The notes beneath the pieces were generated by a model, which searched no databases, was not told where the DNA came from, and saw nothing but the letters and a program-made list of their open reading frames with translations. A DNA stretch of 64,000 nt from Paecilomyces variotii (lineage: Eukaryota), in assembly GCA_004022145.1 (NCBI GenBank), contig RCNU01000018.1; one strand, given 5' to 3'. How positions within the stretch are numbered: the first letter of the stretch is position 1; each line of letters begins with the position of its first letter. This document shows, piece by piece, positions 25,526-39,144 of the stretch. The position numbers and the translations under genes are program-made.

Positions 25526-25624
25526 AGTGCGGGGTCAGCCCCCTCTCTGGAGGCGATGAGTTTCTTCTCCTTTCACTTCTCGTTCTCCTGTTCATCTGTG
25601 TTGTTTATTAGCATTGAGAACTGA

Positions 25625-27901
<2,277 letters not shown>

Positions 27902-28561
27902 GTTTTGGGTCTCGGCCTTCCCCGGTTATGTGTGCAGTTTGGTTTATCGTTGTCACGTAGGTTATCACCGAAACTATAGCGAATGAATAGCGCTCTTATT
28001 CCCCCATGACTTAATTCGGCCCCTATTGAAGAGAATGCATCTATCAACTATCAACTTCCAATTCTCAAAATTAGGATAATGAAGTCAACCGACTAGTAAG
28101 GAAGCCCCTATACTCGTGTCTTTGGACCCTCAGAATGTGCTATCCGGTATCATGTCTATTGTACGAAAACAGCTCTATAGATAGAATGCTAGCTCCTTGT
28201 TCTATATATCCGTGTTTGGGTCAGAAGCGTACTAGCATGCCCATGACACTGTCGTCCGCTACACCGTCGACAGAGGCTATGAATGGCTGGGGCTTTGCCG
28301 CGCCCATGTCATGCCCGAACATTTTGACAACCGATGTTGACATTCTGTTTGGCCATTCGATATCCAAAGGTTTGATACAGTAGAAGCGGAACGAAGTACA
28401 AGTTTGAGAAATGACAAGAAGCTGGTTGCAGGTATGATGACTGCAGTCGATAGTGGGCTGTGTTTTTTTATCTTCAGCCGCAGTAAGTAAGTGTGCGGGC
28501 CCGCCGCGCTTCAATCACCGGGTGAATAGGTAACCCACATATGATTTGCTTGTTTACCTTC

Positions 28562-28690
28562 GGAGCAAAGCTCGCTGATCTTGAATTCTCTACCAACTAG
28601 CTTAGTCTATTTATCTCTATGGGTGGAGTCAGAAAAGCGTGGGAGAAACCCACAGGAGCCTGCTGCCTGCCTGCCTGTAGGCAGGCTCCA
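28562..28690 (+). repeat. Dispersed non-coding repeat, copy 1 (inverted relative to copy 2)
   Basis: 28562-28651 aligns to the reverse complement of 40653-40741 at 77/90 positions by hand. The shared tail tgtaggcaggct is at 28676-28687 and 40622-40633. Confidence 0.9.
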
Positions 28691-28772
28691 ACGTCTACTT
28701 AAATGCCTTCACAATCCAGAATAATCCTCTTTTCCAAGCAAATCATCTCCTCTCAATTCCCTTCCAGACACC

Positions 28773-30131
28773 ATGCCTGTCACGATTGCCACTGCAGCAC
28801 ACCCCCCTCGCAAGTGGGAAAGGTCCAAAGTGTCTACTGCTGAAGAGCTTCTCGAGAAGTCAAGCCCGGGAGACCATCATCGCTGTCGAAATATCATCCA
28901 GAGCTCATTCCAGCAGAGTTCATTTCACCAGTCCCATATTTCCCCCTCGAGCAATGGCCTCGTTTGGTCCGTCTTCCATGCCTACAGCGCTCACCACAAC
29001 TTAACCCTCCGGCCCGAAGACATCTGGTTTGCTATCTTGACACAGCTCAGCTTTTTTATCAATGCACATGCTGAAGAGCTTCGATCCTTCTTCGTTGCTC
29101 ATAAAGGACAAAAGGATCTTGAAGTCAAGGCTGCGGGAACCATCGACTCCGCCAACTTTGGTGTCTTGGCTGTTCGCATGACCGAGCTCATGCAGAAGAA
29201 TGTCGTGGATGAAGAACTTCGAGATTGGATTATGCCCTCGTTTACAACCACGACCGAATCGGACACCGTGGTCGCAGCTATTCTGATGATGGGGGCGTTG
29301 CAAAAATACTTCTCCTACAAAATGGGGCTATTATGTGGCATTCCTTCGGTTACTCTGCTGGGCGACAAAGAAGATTGGGTGGGTATCTTGAAGAGGATCG
29401 AAAAACTTAAACAGCTTGGGGATGAGCCTGCTCGGTTTGCGCAGCTTCTGCGGCCCGTTCTGAATCATTTCGTTCTTTCCTTTGAGATTCCCAACTCTCC
29501 TGAGGTGTTAGACTTTTGGAACAGGTGCGCACACAAGCACTTCATGGGCAGTGGTCCGGAGTATTTGAGTGGATGGATCTCAGTCTTCTGCTTCTGGAAC
29601 GAGGATGGAAGGAGGCTGTATAGAGACCAGATCTACCCAGTCTCGTCAGATGAGTTCAAAAGACGCAATACCGATTTGAGCTTGGACGACGCTTTGGCCC
29701 GTAGGATTGATACAGATGAGGTCCCATCCGCATATGCATCAGTCCCTGTTCGAGTTAATGATAACGGGAACATCTACGATACCATGATGTTGGCTGGCCT
29801 GGTCGGTATTCAAGCTACGTCCAGTGGAGCGACCCTTGACCAGGGAATGGGCCATTATGGGGACCAGCATGAGAGCAGCCGTTCCGAAGAGGGCTCTGGG
29901 GAGGAAACTGGACTCGACTCGATCCAACCGTTGTCGGGCTGGTGGATGTATGAGAAGCAGCAGACTGAAGATGCTGAAGGAGGGTCTGGACAGGCCCATC
30001 TAGAAGCAGCGGTTGGCTCGCAGGAAGATGAACACATCCTGCCAGAAAGTGACTCTACTGGGCTCAAAGATTGCTCAAGTGTCCAGCAAGTGGTTGCTGA
30101 TGGACGTTCATCGGTTGTTTCACAGGGCTGA
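28773..30131 (+). CDS. DUF4419 domain-containing protein
   Basis: NGLV...AYSAHHNLTLRPEDIWFAILTQLSFFINAHAEELR, WIMPSFTTTT, LLCGIPSVTLLG..EDW and GSGP.YLSGWISVFCFW match the DUF4419 pattern. Confidence 0.88.
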   Translation: MPVTIATAAHPPRKWERSKVSTAEELLEKSSPGDHHRCRNIIQSSFQQSSFHQSHISPSSNGLVWSVFHAYSAHHNLTLRPEDIWFAILTQLSFFINAHAEELRSFFVAHKGQKDLEVKAAGTIDSANFGVLAVRMTELMQKNVVDEELRDWIMPSFTTTTESDTVVAAILMMGALQKYFSYKMGLLCGIPSVTLLGDKEDWVGILKRIEKLKQLGDEPARFAQLLRPVLNHFVLSFEIPNSPEVLDFWNRCAHKHFMGSGPEYLSGWISVFCFWNEDGRRLYRDQIYPVSSDEFKRRNTDLSLDDALARRIDTDEVPSAYASVPVRVNDNGNIYDTMMLAGLVGIQATSSGATLDQGMGHYGDQHESSRSEEGSGEETGLDSIQPLSGWWMYEKQQTEDAEGGSGQAHLEAAVGSQEDEHILPESDSTGLKDCSSVQQVVADGRSSVVSQG

Positions 30132-30377
30132 TGAGGTTCATGGAAGGTTTCTTCTTAGCTCAGTGTGGGGAATGTTCTTCCAGGGTGATAGCTATCATGT
30201 TTAGAAAGGGTCGTCTAGACAACCCATGGCAAAATATGCCTCAGGGGGGGCTCAGCTGCCGTAGGTCTAAGCGATGGCCATTGCTAGTAGAGGGTGATGC
30301 TCAAGTGTTCACTCCCTCTTTGCTTGTAGACATTATGTACGCATTTCCATATGATACAATTCAAAAGATTAACTAGC

Positions 30378-30496
30378 ACATACGACCATAGGGTGTGGAA
30401 AACAGGGCTTCCCGTCCGCTCAGCCGTACTTAAGCCACACGCCGGCAGGTTAGTAGTTGGGTGGGTGACCACCAGCGAATCCCTGCTGTTGTATGT
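30378..30496 (+). rRNA. 5S ribosomal RNA (dispersed copy)
   Basis: 119 nt ACATACGACCATAGGGTGTGGAAAACAGGGCTTCCCGTCCGCTCAGCCGTACTTAAGCCACACGCCGGCAGGTTAGTAGTTGGGTGGGTGACCACCAGCGAATCCCTGCTGTTGTATGT with complementary termini. Typical Eurotiales 5S sequence. Confidence 0.97.
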
Positions 30497-30506
30497 ATTC
30501 TTCTTA

Positions 30507-30524
30507 TTTTTTGGTCTTTTTTTT
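30507..30524 (+). terminator. RNA polymerase III oligo-T terminator of the 5S gene
   Basis: T6 and T7 runs directly downstream of the 5S 3' end. Confidence 0.7.
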
Positions 30525-30552
30525 ATAGCTTAATATTCAAAATAGTTTGATG

Positions 30553-32367
30553 CTATGAATCGAGAAGATTATTATTATAGCTATTCTCAACTCTGAATTT
30601 GACAGTTGCCCTGACACCTTTAGATCCTATCTTCGGCATCGCGATTTGATAGTCATGCTTGAAAGAGACGTCTCTAGCATCGGTCTCATAAAGGGTCATT
30701 TCAAATAAGCGAACTAAAGCCGCAATCACCAAGCAGAGCTCGGCATTGGCAAGCTCGATTCCCAGGCACTTACGACTTCCTTTGCTAAACGCCATTTGGA
30801 ACCGCTTGCGCTCTCGGCCATCCTCACCTAACCAGCGTTCAGGGTCGAAGGTAAATGGGTCCGGAAAGACGGATGGTGCAGTATGTACGCTCAGCGTGGA
30901 GATAGTCAATGGCGTATGCGCAGGGATTTTGTATGATTTTCCGGTCCCACGAGTAGTGGCATAAGATGACGGAGTGTAAATCAGCTCCTCATATGCACGA
31001 CGACCAATGCGTGCTGTTACACCAAATGAAAGACGGTTACCTTCTTCAATGACTGCTATGAGGTAAGGGAGTTTTTCTAATTGGGACCATGAGGCGTTAA
31101 TTGGGACTGTTTCGAGCTCCGCGCGAAGCCTAGTTAGAATTGACGGGTTGGAGAGCAGGTGGTAGAAAATTATGCTGAGGGATAGAGCTGGGGATTCTGT
31201 TCCTGCTAGGGCGAGGAGGGCGCCTTCTTGCTCTAATCGGGTCAAAGTTCTTTCTTGTGGTGGAAGGGACTCGTTGACTAGGATAGACTCGTAGACGGCT
31301 TCTTTTTCGGTGGGATTTCGTCTGTGTTTTTTATCGGTTCCTGCTTTAGATGATTGCGCTTGTATGATATTGGATATTTCTCCGCGGACTCTCTGTCGTG
31401 GGTTAGGGAATGATAGATAGATAGATAGATAGATAGATTTGGATTGAGGTATGGACTACTTACATCGAACAGGTTGAACATATCAACGCGACCTGGGGGC
31501 ATCAAGGGTCTGCTGATGGAGGTCGGAAGGGCCTCGAGGAAGTCCGCGATCCAGGGAAAATGTTTATTAACATGGACGCCCTGGAGGAGTTGTCTGCTGT
31601 TATTCCGAGATATACCTGCCTGCTTCTCATCTGCGAGGCCGTTCGTTTTGTGTGCGAACAAAAAGTTGGTCACAACACTGTAGTTAAGTATTTCCGATTA
31701 GCTAAGTAGCCCGACTTTCGTAATAGAGAGTAGAGAGCGCCACTCACTCGTTGGAGAATGCGAAAAAGAGATCCGATAGATTGACTGGCGACGCTTCTCT
31801 AGCGTGTTTCGCGATGATATTAGATAGCTGGTTGACCTTTTCTGTAACCAGATGCTGAAGGGATAGAACGTTGCGTTTGCTGAAAAAGGGCACGAGAGCT
31901 TCGCGGCGTAACTTGTGCAGCCTGGCATCTGCCGTGGTGCCTACTCCTCCAGGCACTCGCAGGGCCCGTAATGGGTACTCGTACTTGTCTCTCAAGCCAG
32001 CATAGACCGTGTCCGAGAACCCAATGTCGTTGATGTGGATTTCGTCTGGGGTGATGCGGAGAATGGGTCCTACATGATGATTGTTAGGTTCGGATTCTAC
32101 TTAAGTAGTGCCCACTGGCTCAAAGGTAGAAAAGATCAATGCATATGTACTGTACATACCATATTCACCGTGCAGTTCTTGGATCTTGAAAATATATTTG
32201 CCCGGAAGAATGACATCGTAGTAGAATTCGTACCACCAGGTTAAAGCGGCCAGGCGGGGACCTGGAATGTGGGATAGAGGGTGAAAGAAAAGACGGCGGA
32301 TTGACTCAGTCACCACCCAGAGAAGGGCCACGACAATGCTGGTCGTGAGGACTTGAAGAAACTCCAT
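30553..32367 (-). CDS. Cytochrome P450 (trichodiene oxygenase/CYP58-like group), 4 exons, apparently intact
   Basis: N-terminal TM plus [37 protein letters not shown], helix I AGTES, EGNR (ExxR), FDPERW and heme [10 protein letters not shown]. Three GT-AG introns (~32072-32158, ~31680-31748, ~31395-31461) restore one frame. Confidence 0.92.
31412..31437 (+). repeat. (GATA)n microsatellite in P450 intron 3
   Basis: gatagatagatagatagatagataga read directly. Confidence 0.9.
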
Positions 32368-32652
32368 AAGCGTTGTGGCGCAAAGTATTTTGAAGACGAG
32401 CGATGGGTGAAGATGCATCAATAAGATTCCACCTGGGATATTTCAAAGGGCGGGAGTGGGAAACAAAAGAAAACCCAAGAGCAAAATATACTGCAGGGAT
32501 CCATGGATGAATCTGACTTTGCGAGCTGTATAATTGGCTCTCGAGATGGTTGATGCGTGTTCTCTGTCTGCTATCAGCCTACTTAATGAGCCCAGGCCCC
32601 CATCGACATTATATTGGGGGCCAAATACTACTTAAACATCGGACTAACCAGA

Positions 32653-33255
32653 ATGTCCACCACAGAAGTCACCAAACATGTGGATTTGGATCCTAATGAC
32701 GTCCAACGTGTCGCAATACGAAAGGAACATCGCCTTGAGATTGTCGAATACGATCCAACTTGGCCCGAAGCATTCGCAGTGATCTCAAAACGTATCAAGG
32801 ACGCGCTCGGCGACCGCGCGCTAGACGTTATCCACGTCGGGTCAACGAGCATCCCCGGCTTGCCTGGCAAAAATGTCATTGATGTCGACCTGATCGTGGT
32901 AGATCCAAGCAAGGAAGAACGGTATGTGGCAGATATGGAAAAAGCAGGCTTCCAGTTCCTCCACCGCGAACCCGGCTGGTTCCAGCATCGCTTCTTTGGG
33001 TCCAGTGAACCCTACGGCAATATCCATTGTTTCGGACCGAATTGTCCGCTGGTAATTCAACACCAGATCTTTCGAGAATGGATCATGGATCCAGACCATC
33101 AGGATGATTTCCAGAAATATGTCCAGATCAAACAAGAAGCCTCTCGCGCCTCATTAGCGGCTGGCGAGACGGCTGATCAGTATAATCTCCGCAAGCAGCC
33201 CTTCATTCGCGACATCCTGGATCGTGCATTCAAAGTCCGTGGGTTACTCGATTAA
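32653..33255 (+). CDS. GrpB / UPF0157 nucleotidyltransferase-fold protein, intronless
   Basis: IVEYDPTWP..F, HVGSTSIPGLPGKNVIDVDL, NIHCFG, HQIFREW and Y...K...Y...K..FI motifs. Confidence 0.9.
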   Translation: MSTTEVTKHVDLDPNDVQRVAIRKEHRLEIVEYDPTWPEAFAVISKRIKDALGDRALDVIHVGSTSIPGLPGKNVIDVDLIVVDPSKEERYVADMEKAGFQFLHREPGWFQHRFFGSSEPYGNIHCFGPNCPLVIQHQIFREWIMDPDHQDDFQKYVQIKQEASRASLAAGETADQYNLRKQPFIRDILDRAFKVRGLLD

Positions 33256-33763
33256 CCCAGCATATCCTTGGCTCACTGCTGCCATTTAGGACAGCTTTTG
33301 AGAAGTCTTAAGGTGCTTAGAACCATTACTACATAACTTTTGAAAAATGTCCATTGTATGCTGACGGGTTTAGTGCCTCGTCGGGACCGGTGCTATTCCT
33401 TGGCTTGACTCTCTTGCCTTCGATCTTGCCGGCATACGGCTGAAATATCTGCTATGGAGATTGCCCTTGGAGGTTCTGAGGACAGTACGGAATTTATCTG
33501 ATGGAGATGCTTTCCTTTGATAGATTGGTCCTATCTATTCCTCTATTCTGTCAAGATGTTCGTATGATAGAGCCTTCTAGCTCCTACAGCTGGATTATGA
33601 AATTGATGTGAATAGTTGGAATTAACTGACAGCTACTGACACCAGACAGCCGATTCAGACTTGTAGTAAGGAAGCGCCTAATGTGCATGAATACGTAACT
33701 GATCATAGACCGTCTGAATCCTACATTCAAGATTCTGGAGATCAATGAAAGTGGAACAGGATT

Positions 33764-34672
33764 TCAAACGAGTGCGCTAAAGAAAGTGAGAGTGGCAATC
33801 AAAGCCGCCACTATTCCTGAAGCATAACTTCCAGCAGTTGGACCCGTATTCAAATCTCTTGCAATAGCTGCCGCAAGAACCGTAATTAAAATGCTGAGAA
33901 TGACAGCGAAGCCGATCAGGATAAGCAGTTTCTGACTATGCCAGCCATCAACTAGTAACAATGCTGGGATGCTTTCACCATATTGGTCGGCTGCATCCAG
34001 AAAGTGTATCGTCGTTAGATCACTAATAACCGTGAGTGTGCGTTGTTTGCGGCATGGATTGTGATAATTACCTGTATCGAGTAACTAGTCCTGAATCTTT
34101 CAGAAACTTGAGAGAATCTGTTTTTCCACTTGAATTCCAGTAAAATTCTAGCATAGCGTCTCTGCGCAGGAGTGCGCGTTTATACAATCGAAGTCTGCAG
34201 CAGTTTTCCTTCTGGCAACGGAATAAGGGAAATTCTCCAGGGCCGTACATTTCTATGTTTGGACACAATGGACCAAGCGTGCAAGCTTTCAACTTGCCAT
34301 TTTCACCGAATCCTGCATCGCAATTACCATCTAGACAAGAGTCTTGAAGATACTTGTCAACGTCCGCTATCTCTGAGGCGATATTAACTGGCAACACCAT
34401 AACCTCAACCTCATTGGAGCCCTTGAGGCCTAAAAAGTGTATCTATAGTAGAATTTAGCCCAGAAACTGCCCACAGTGAAGGTCTTACAGACATTGACTA
34501 TATGTAGCTTCATCGGTGATCGCAGGGAAATACGCTTCCACCATCCACTCATGTATCTTAGGCTGCATACTTCGAGATCTCCAGATTCGAGTGGTATTGC
34601 TATATCTCGGGCAAAATAGTTTCCTCCTCGATTATAGCACAACCAGATACAGTCACGATACCCGTCGGCCAT
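33764..34672 (-). CDS. Hypothetical membrane protein, 3 exons, two C-terminal TM helices
   Basis: ORFs 34430..34672, 34068..34400 and 33764..33961 join through GT-AG introns (...GLKGSNEVEVMVLPV...VTRY|SDLTTIHFLDAADQYGESIPALLLVDGW...). The hydrophobic hairpin is at the C-terminus. Confidence 0.6.
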
Positions 34673-35624
34673 AGCATTGTCGCATACTTCTTTAATTATT
34701 GAAGGCTTAGCATCGTTTAATTGCTACTTCTTGCACGGCTCAAATAATCACTGAACCTTCCCTTTTGTGTCAAGGAAGATTACTTGCTGTGAGATGTTAT
34801 GTAGGGACTTGTAAACCGACCGGTAAATATTGGGATGGACTGGTTTATCAGTAGCACCGATTCCTCATATTGTTTCTGTCCCTACATCCGCCTTAGATAC
34901 TGCACCGCATATCCCTCAAGATATAATAACCAGCTCATTTCTTGATGTTGTGACCTGGCAATGGTATTCTAGAAAATGCGTTGTTGATCGCCGTATCGTC
35001 CGGAACATAGTGTTTGGCCACCTCCCTTGTCTTTCCTGGCATTCCCCCAATCTTCCGGCTCTATCTTTGCCAATCTCCGTCTCTACGCCGCCTTGGCTCT
35101 CTGCTCATCCGTAAGACCTGGTATTTCCAACCCAGGTAGCTTGTATCTCGGCATCATCTCAAGATTGGAGTCGAAGGCACACCAGTGCCAACAAGTTCGT
35201 ATGCAGCGCAGTTCTCATTTCTGGAATATCTGCTCTCTGATTAACATTTTCATGAATTTCTCTACGAAGAGACTCGAGCAAGACCGGAATAACTGCAAAT
35301 AAAGCTAATCGTACGCCCATCTCCACTAGTATCTTCCTATTCTGTAGCTAATTGGTAATCAGCAAAGGACTTCACCAGTCACTGTGGACGCCCAGAAAGA
35401 CTCTTCTATTACTTTCGTTTCTGTCAATCCGCTTCTGTTGCTTTACTTGATACTTATTTTCGTGACCTGACAGTGTGCATTTTTTTTTCATTCGTGCCGC
35501 TACTTCTGTTGCCGCACCCTACTTACATTCTCACGTAACGATATTTCCAATCAAGAGAGCCTAACGAGCGAATATAAGAAATACAAAAGAAATCTGATGC
35601 GCGGAGGCCATCCCCCCCTTTATA

Positions 35625-36130
35625 TTACTTGCCAGGGCAATAGATTGTTTCGAAGAGACCCCCTCCACATGGTTTTCCATCTCCGCCTCCACTCTGTACA
35701 GTGCACTAGATGATAAATATAATGTCAGTTCTCAGTTGTTCATGCATTATGTTTTTTGCATGTTTATGTATGGGCGGGCTTGAAATACCGATCCGACATT
35801 GCAGTTCCTGGTTAATAGATCGTCAATTATACATTCTCGATAGCTATATCAATCTCATAGGACAAACTTACCAATTAAGGCCGGCGATTTTGCATGAGGT
35901 CCCATTGCACACCTAGAGAAGTGAAAAGAAAGCGTTAGAAATCAAGAATTGTAGAAGCAGCAGAGAGATCAGTGTCTTCATACTCCACATTGGCTCCAGC
36001 CGTTAGGACAGCTTCGAGCCTCCACTTTGTTCTCTTCAGTAGAGAGAGGTGCATCTTCCGTAGAGAGAGGTGCAGCCATAACAGAGGCAGTGCTTGCCGC
36101 GAGGGCAATCATCATGGCGAGGAACTTCAT
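35625..36130 (-). CDS. Small secreted cysteine-rich prepro-peptide (95 aa; 56-aa mature part with 8 Cys), 4 exons; absent from the ORF track
   Basis: Exons 36130-35984, 35912-35872, 35807-35789 and 35705-35625 (147+41+19+81 nt) have canonical donors, branch sites and acceptors. Product: MKFLAMMIALAASTASVMAAPLSTEDAPLSTEENKVEAR-SCPNGWSQCGVCNGTSCKIAGLNWNCNVGSCTVQSGGGDGKPCGGGLFETIYCPGK*. Confidence 0.88.
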
Positions 36131-36268
36131 TGTGATATTTGTTGTTTGCTTTTCAAAGAAAAGAGAAGAGAATTTGTTAGATTGTTCTTGTATATACTGG
36201 CTCTGGATGAGTTTCGAAGATGAGTCTGTATGTGTTATGATCTGGACAATGGTGGGATTCTTCGCTCC

Positions 36269-36276
36269 TTATATAG
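36269..36276 (-). promoter_or_regulatory. Putative TATA box of the Cys-rich peptide gene
   Basis: CTATATAA on the minus strand about 140 bp upstream of the ATG. The start context is atcacaATG. Confidence 0.55.
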
Positions 36277-39144
36277 ACCAAGTCAGAGACTGGAGCACTG
36301 GTTTATTTCTACAGATACAACCTCATTATCCTACGTAGCATAGCCTGCTTCTGCAGCTGAACAACAACCTGCGGTTTATTTACTAGTTCTGGTAATATCC
36401 GAGAGCCAAAAACGCCTCTCTTGTGTGTTTAGTTGCATGCAATAGCTAGAAAATCCGACCTGAAGATGAAGGTTGTTAAACTAATAGAGTAGCATTATAC
36501 CTGATTGGTATCTGGTTATCAGCCCCAAAGAGGAAATGGTGAATTAATATGCAGAAGTCCCTATCTATATCCAATATTATCCTCACGAGTAAAGCCGTGA
36601 AGCAGCTTAATTAGCGGCAATAATCCTATCATTCCAATTGGCACTATACAGGCACACAGCAGCAAGAGTGTCAGCAACAACAAACAGCAGTAGTGCTGAT
36701 AGTATTCTCAGCATGCAGATCCTCTTGGCTAATGTGCCATATGATTCTATTTTCAAGGAAGAGTAGCATAGCAAGTTGAACACGGCATCGCAAGACCTTT
36801 CTTCTCTTTACACATGTGCTGGTAAGAAAGCAGGGACATGAGGAATATATAGAATTCCGTATATGGCAAGACGGTATTTCCTGCACTGTACTTGTTTCGA
36901 ACAAACTTTATTACATCCTTAAAGGGTACCTGAGAAATTAGCTTTCCACACGAGTTTTTCTCCTTTCCTTACGTACTTGAGTTCCAGTCTCACATACATG
37001 ATACCTGTTTGAAGTTTTCAGATTAGCCCACCAATATTGTAGAATGTGACCATATAGTAGTGCTTATTCAGATGCCTGCATGAGCTCTGGATATTGACTT
37101 ATTAGCTTAGTCCGGTTGTAGATTGGCATTTAGTTGGAAAGTAAGGATTAGATGAGTTGGTTCTGTCTTCATTGCCATAGTCAAACCAATGCTATTACAG
37201 ACTCAAAGGGCCCACGTGAGCTAATTACATCTTCTTCTAGAAATTTGAAGTAAGTTATCTTGCAAGAAGTTGCTTTCATATATAGCCTAAAGCTATGAAA
37301 GCAGCGCTTCCTGCCGTCAAATCGGCCTCAGTCAGTACCCACTACCAGTCAAAACAAAAGGCACAGATGGAACGCAGAACTAAATGAAATAAAAATGGTG
37401 GTAAGCAACAAGCTGCGGCAAGCCTGAGTGAAAGAGACCAGTGGCGTCTTCTCTCAAAAGATCAAGGTGCTCTCATGGTGTGCTGCCGACTAGGTGTTTA
37501 AACCACCGCTATATAAGTGCGTGCATTAAGTTTTGAATTCTGTCTTTCAAGATGGGCCTAACATGTATGAGCGTTTTTTTATTTTCTTTTTTCTCTCTTT
37601 CCTTTTAGCCACAGTGCCCGACTCTCGCTCATTTATTGAGACCCACAACTACCGGCAAACGATGAAGATATCGAACTAAACACTATGTCAAAATTGAATT
37701 GCTATACGGATTCGTTATTCCTTATTTTTCTCCAGGCTACAGAGACATTAGCAATGAACAGTGTTTAGGAACTGAGCCTCTGGATCTTACCTCCAGGTAA
37801 GATTACCTGTACAGTAGTACTTCACGCCATCAATAGATTTGCGTAACTGGATTTGGAGCTCATCATCAGCAGAACAATAGGAGTTCAATACAATCACCTT
37901 ATTCAATGAGAGAATATCATTTGCCCTAATGTTATGTTTAGTCCACATGTATTCTGATCAGGTGGATATCAATGCTAAGGACTTATGCAGATGTGATAGC
38001 AAATAGTCATTATTCAGGCGAAAACGTTGTTCTCGCTCGGACTGATTCATAAAACATCTGCCGCTGGCCTTGGCCATGATAGACGAGCGAGTCAGCAGAT
38101 GACTCGGGCCAACTAAGCAGTAGAAAAGAAATACCCAGATTGCAATATTGTCACAATTTTCAGATTGATACTAGAGGCACATGGCCACCATGTGGTACCA
38201 AAAGAAACTAAAGTCTGACACCTTAAAAGCATCGAGAGCTTTACTTGGGAGGAAGAATGCTACTCGTTCCTGCGATCAGCAAGAATTCTAGAGTAATAAG
38301 TCTCAGAGGCAGACCTATCAAGCTAGTCTTCTAAATCCACGCGTGGTTTTTCCACTTCTGATTCAGTCTTGGAGGGCCAGTAGCAGAAGTGCGGAGCCAG
38401 GTCAGGGATTCGGAATTTTCCATTCGCATGACCTGCAAGACATGTTTTTGGGTCATCAGTGTGTCTGCATTAGATACAGGTAGCGGTGGAACTGGCCATG
38501 TAGACAAGGCCAGTTGTACAGCACTCGAGGACAGCTCATGATGTAAACTGACTGATGTACTATCTATCTTCGTGAACTCATATCTAATGTGAAGTCGGCG
38601 GCGCATTTGTATCATCTGATTCTTGTGTTTCTTACCACTGTCATAATCATCCCACCGGTTCCACCTGCTCCAATGTCCAAAAAATGTTCGCTGCAATGCT
38701 AATGAGATGTGCATCATTCCAGCTGCGTAGACTCAAATCAACAATCAGGCCAAACAGCCATCCTGCCTTGCCGATTGGGTTGATTGTCCGGGCACGTTGC
38801 AGGAACGGTGGCCTTGCGTCAAGCAGAAGTGCTTGCAAAGTGGGTGTAAATGGACGCGCAGACAGCGCGCCTAACATTAACCGGCCCGATATAGCTCTGT
38901 ATTCTAGGATATGACTCGAGAAAAGCCTGGCTATTTTCAAGGTAGTCTAACTGCCTGTTCGGGACAAACCGCGAAGATCACTGCGGGTCACTAGTAGAGA
39001 ACATGGCTGATTGGGAAATCAGAGCGGCATTCTGCGCTTCTGTGAGGACTATGGTAATTATTTTTATAAGCTTGTTACTAACTAGTAGTTACATACATAC
39101 TTATGGTTTGCGCCCCTCCCGTTCTAATTCAATAGGGCTTCACC

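Noticed and set aside
34880-35300. Stop-interrupted, protein-like minus-strand frame (MPRYKLPGLEIPGLTDEQRAKAA*RRRLAKIEPEDWG)
   Set aside because: Could be a decayed gene, but the frame is not sustained and no motif is identifiable.
38331-38940. Two overlapping minus-strand ORFs (128 and 97 aa) that could be a frameshifted gene relic
   Set aside because: No family recognised by eye. It needs BLASTX before any call.
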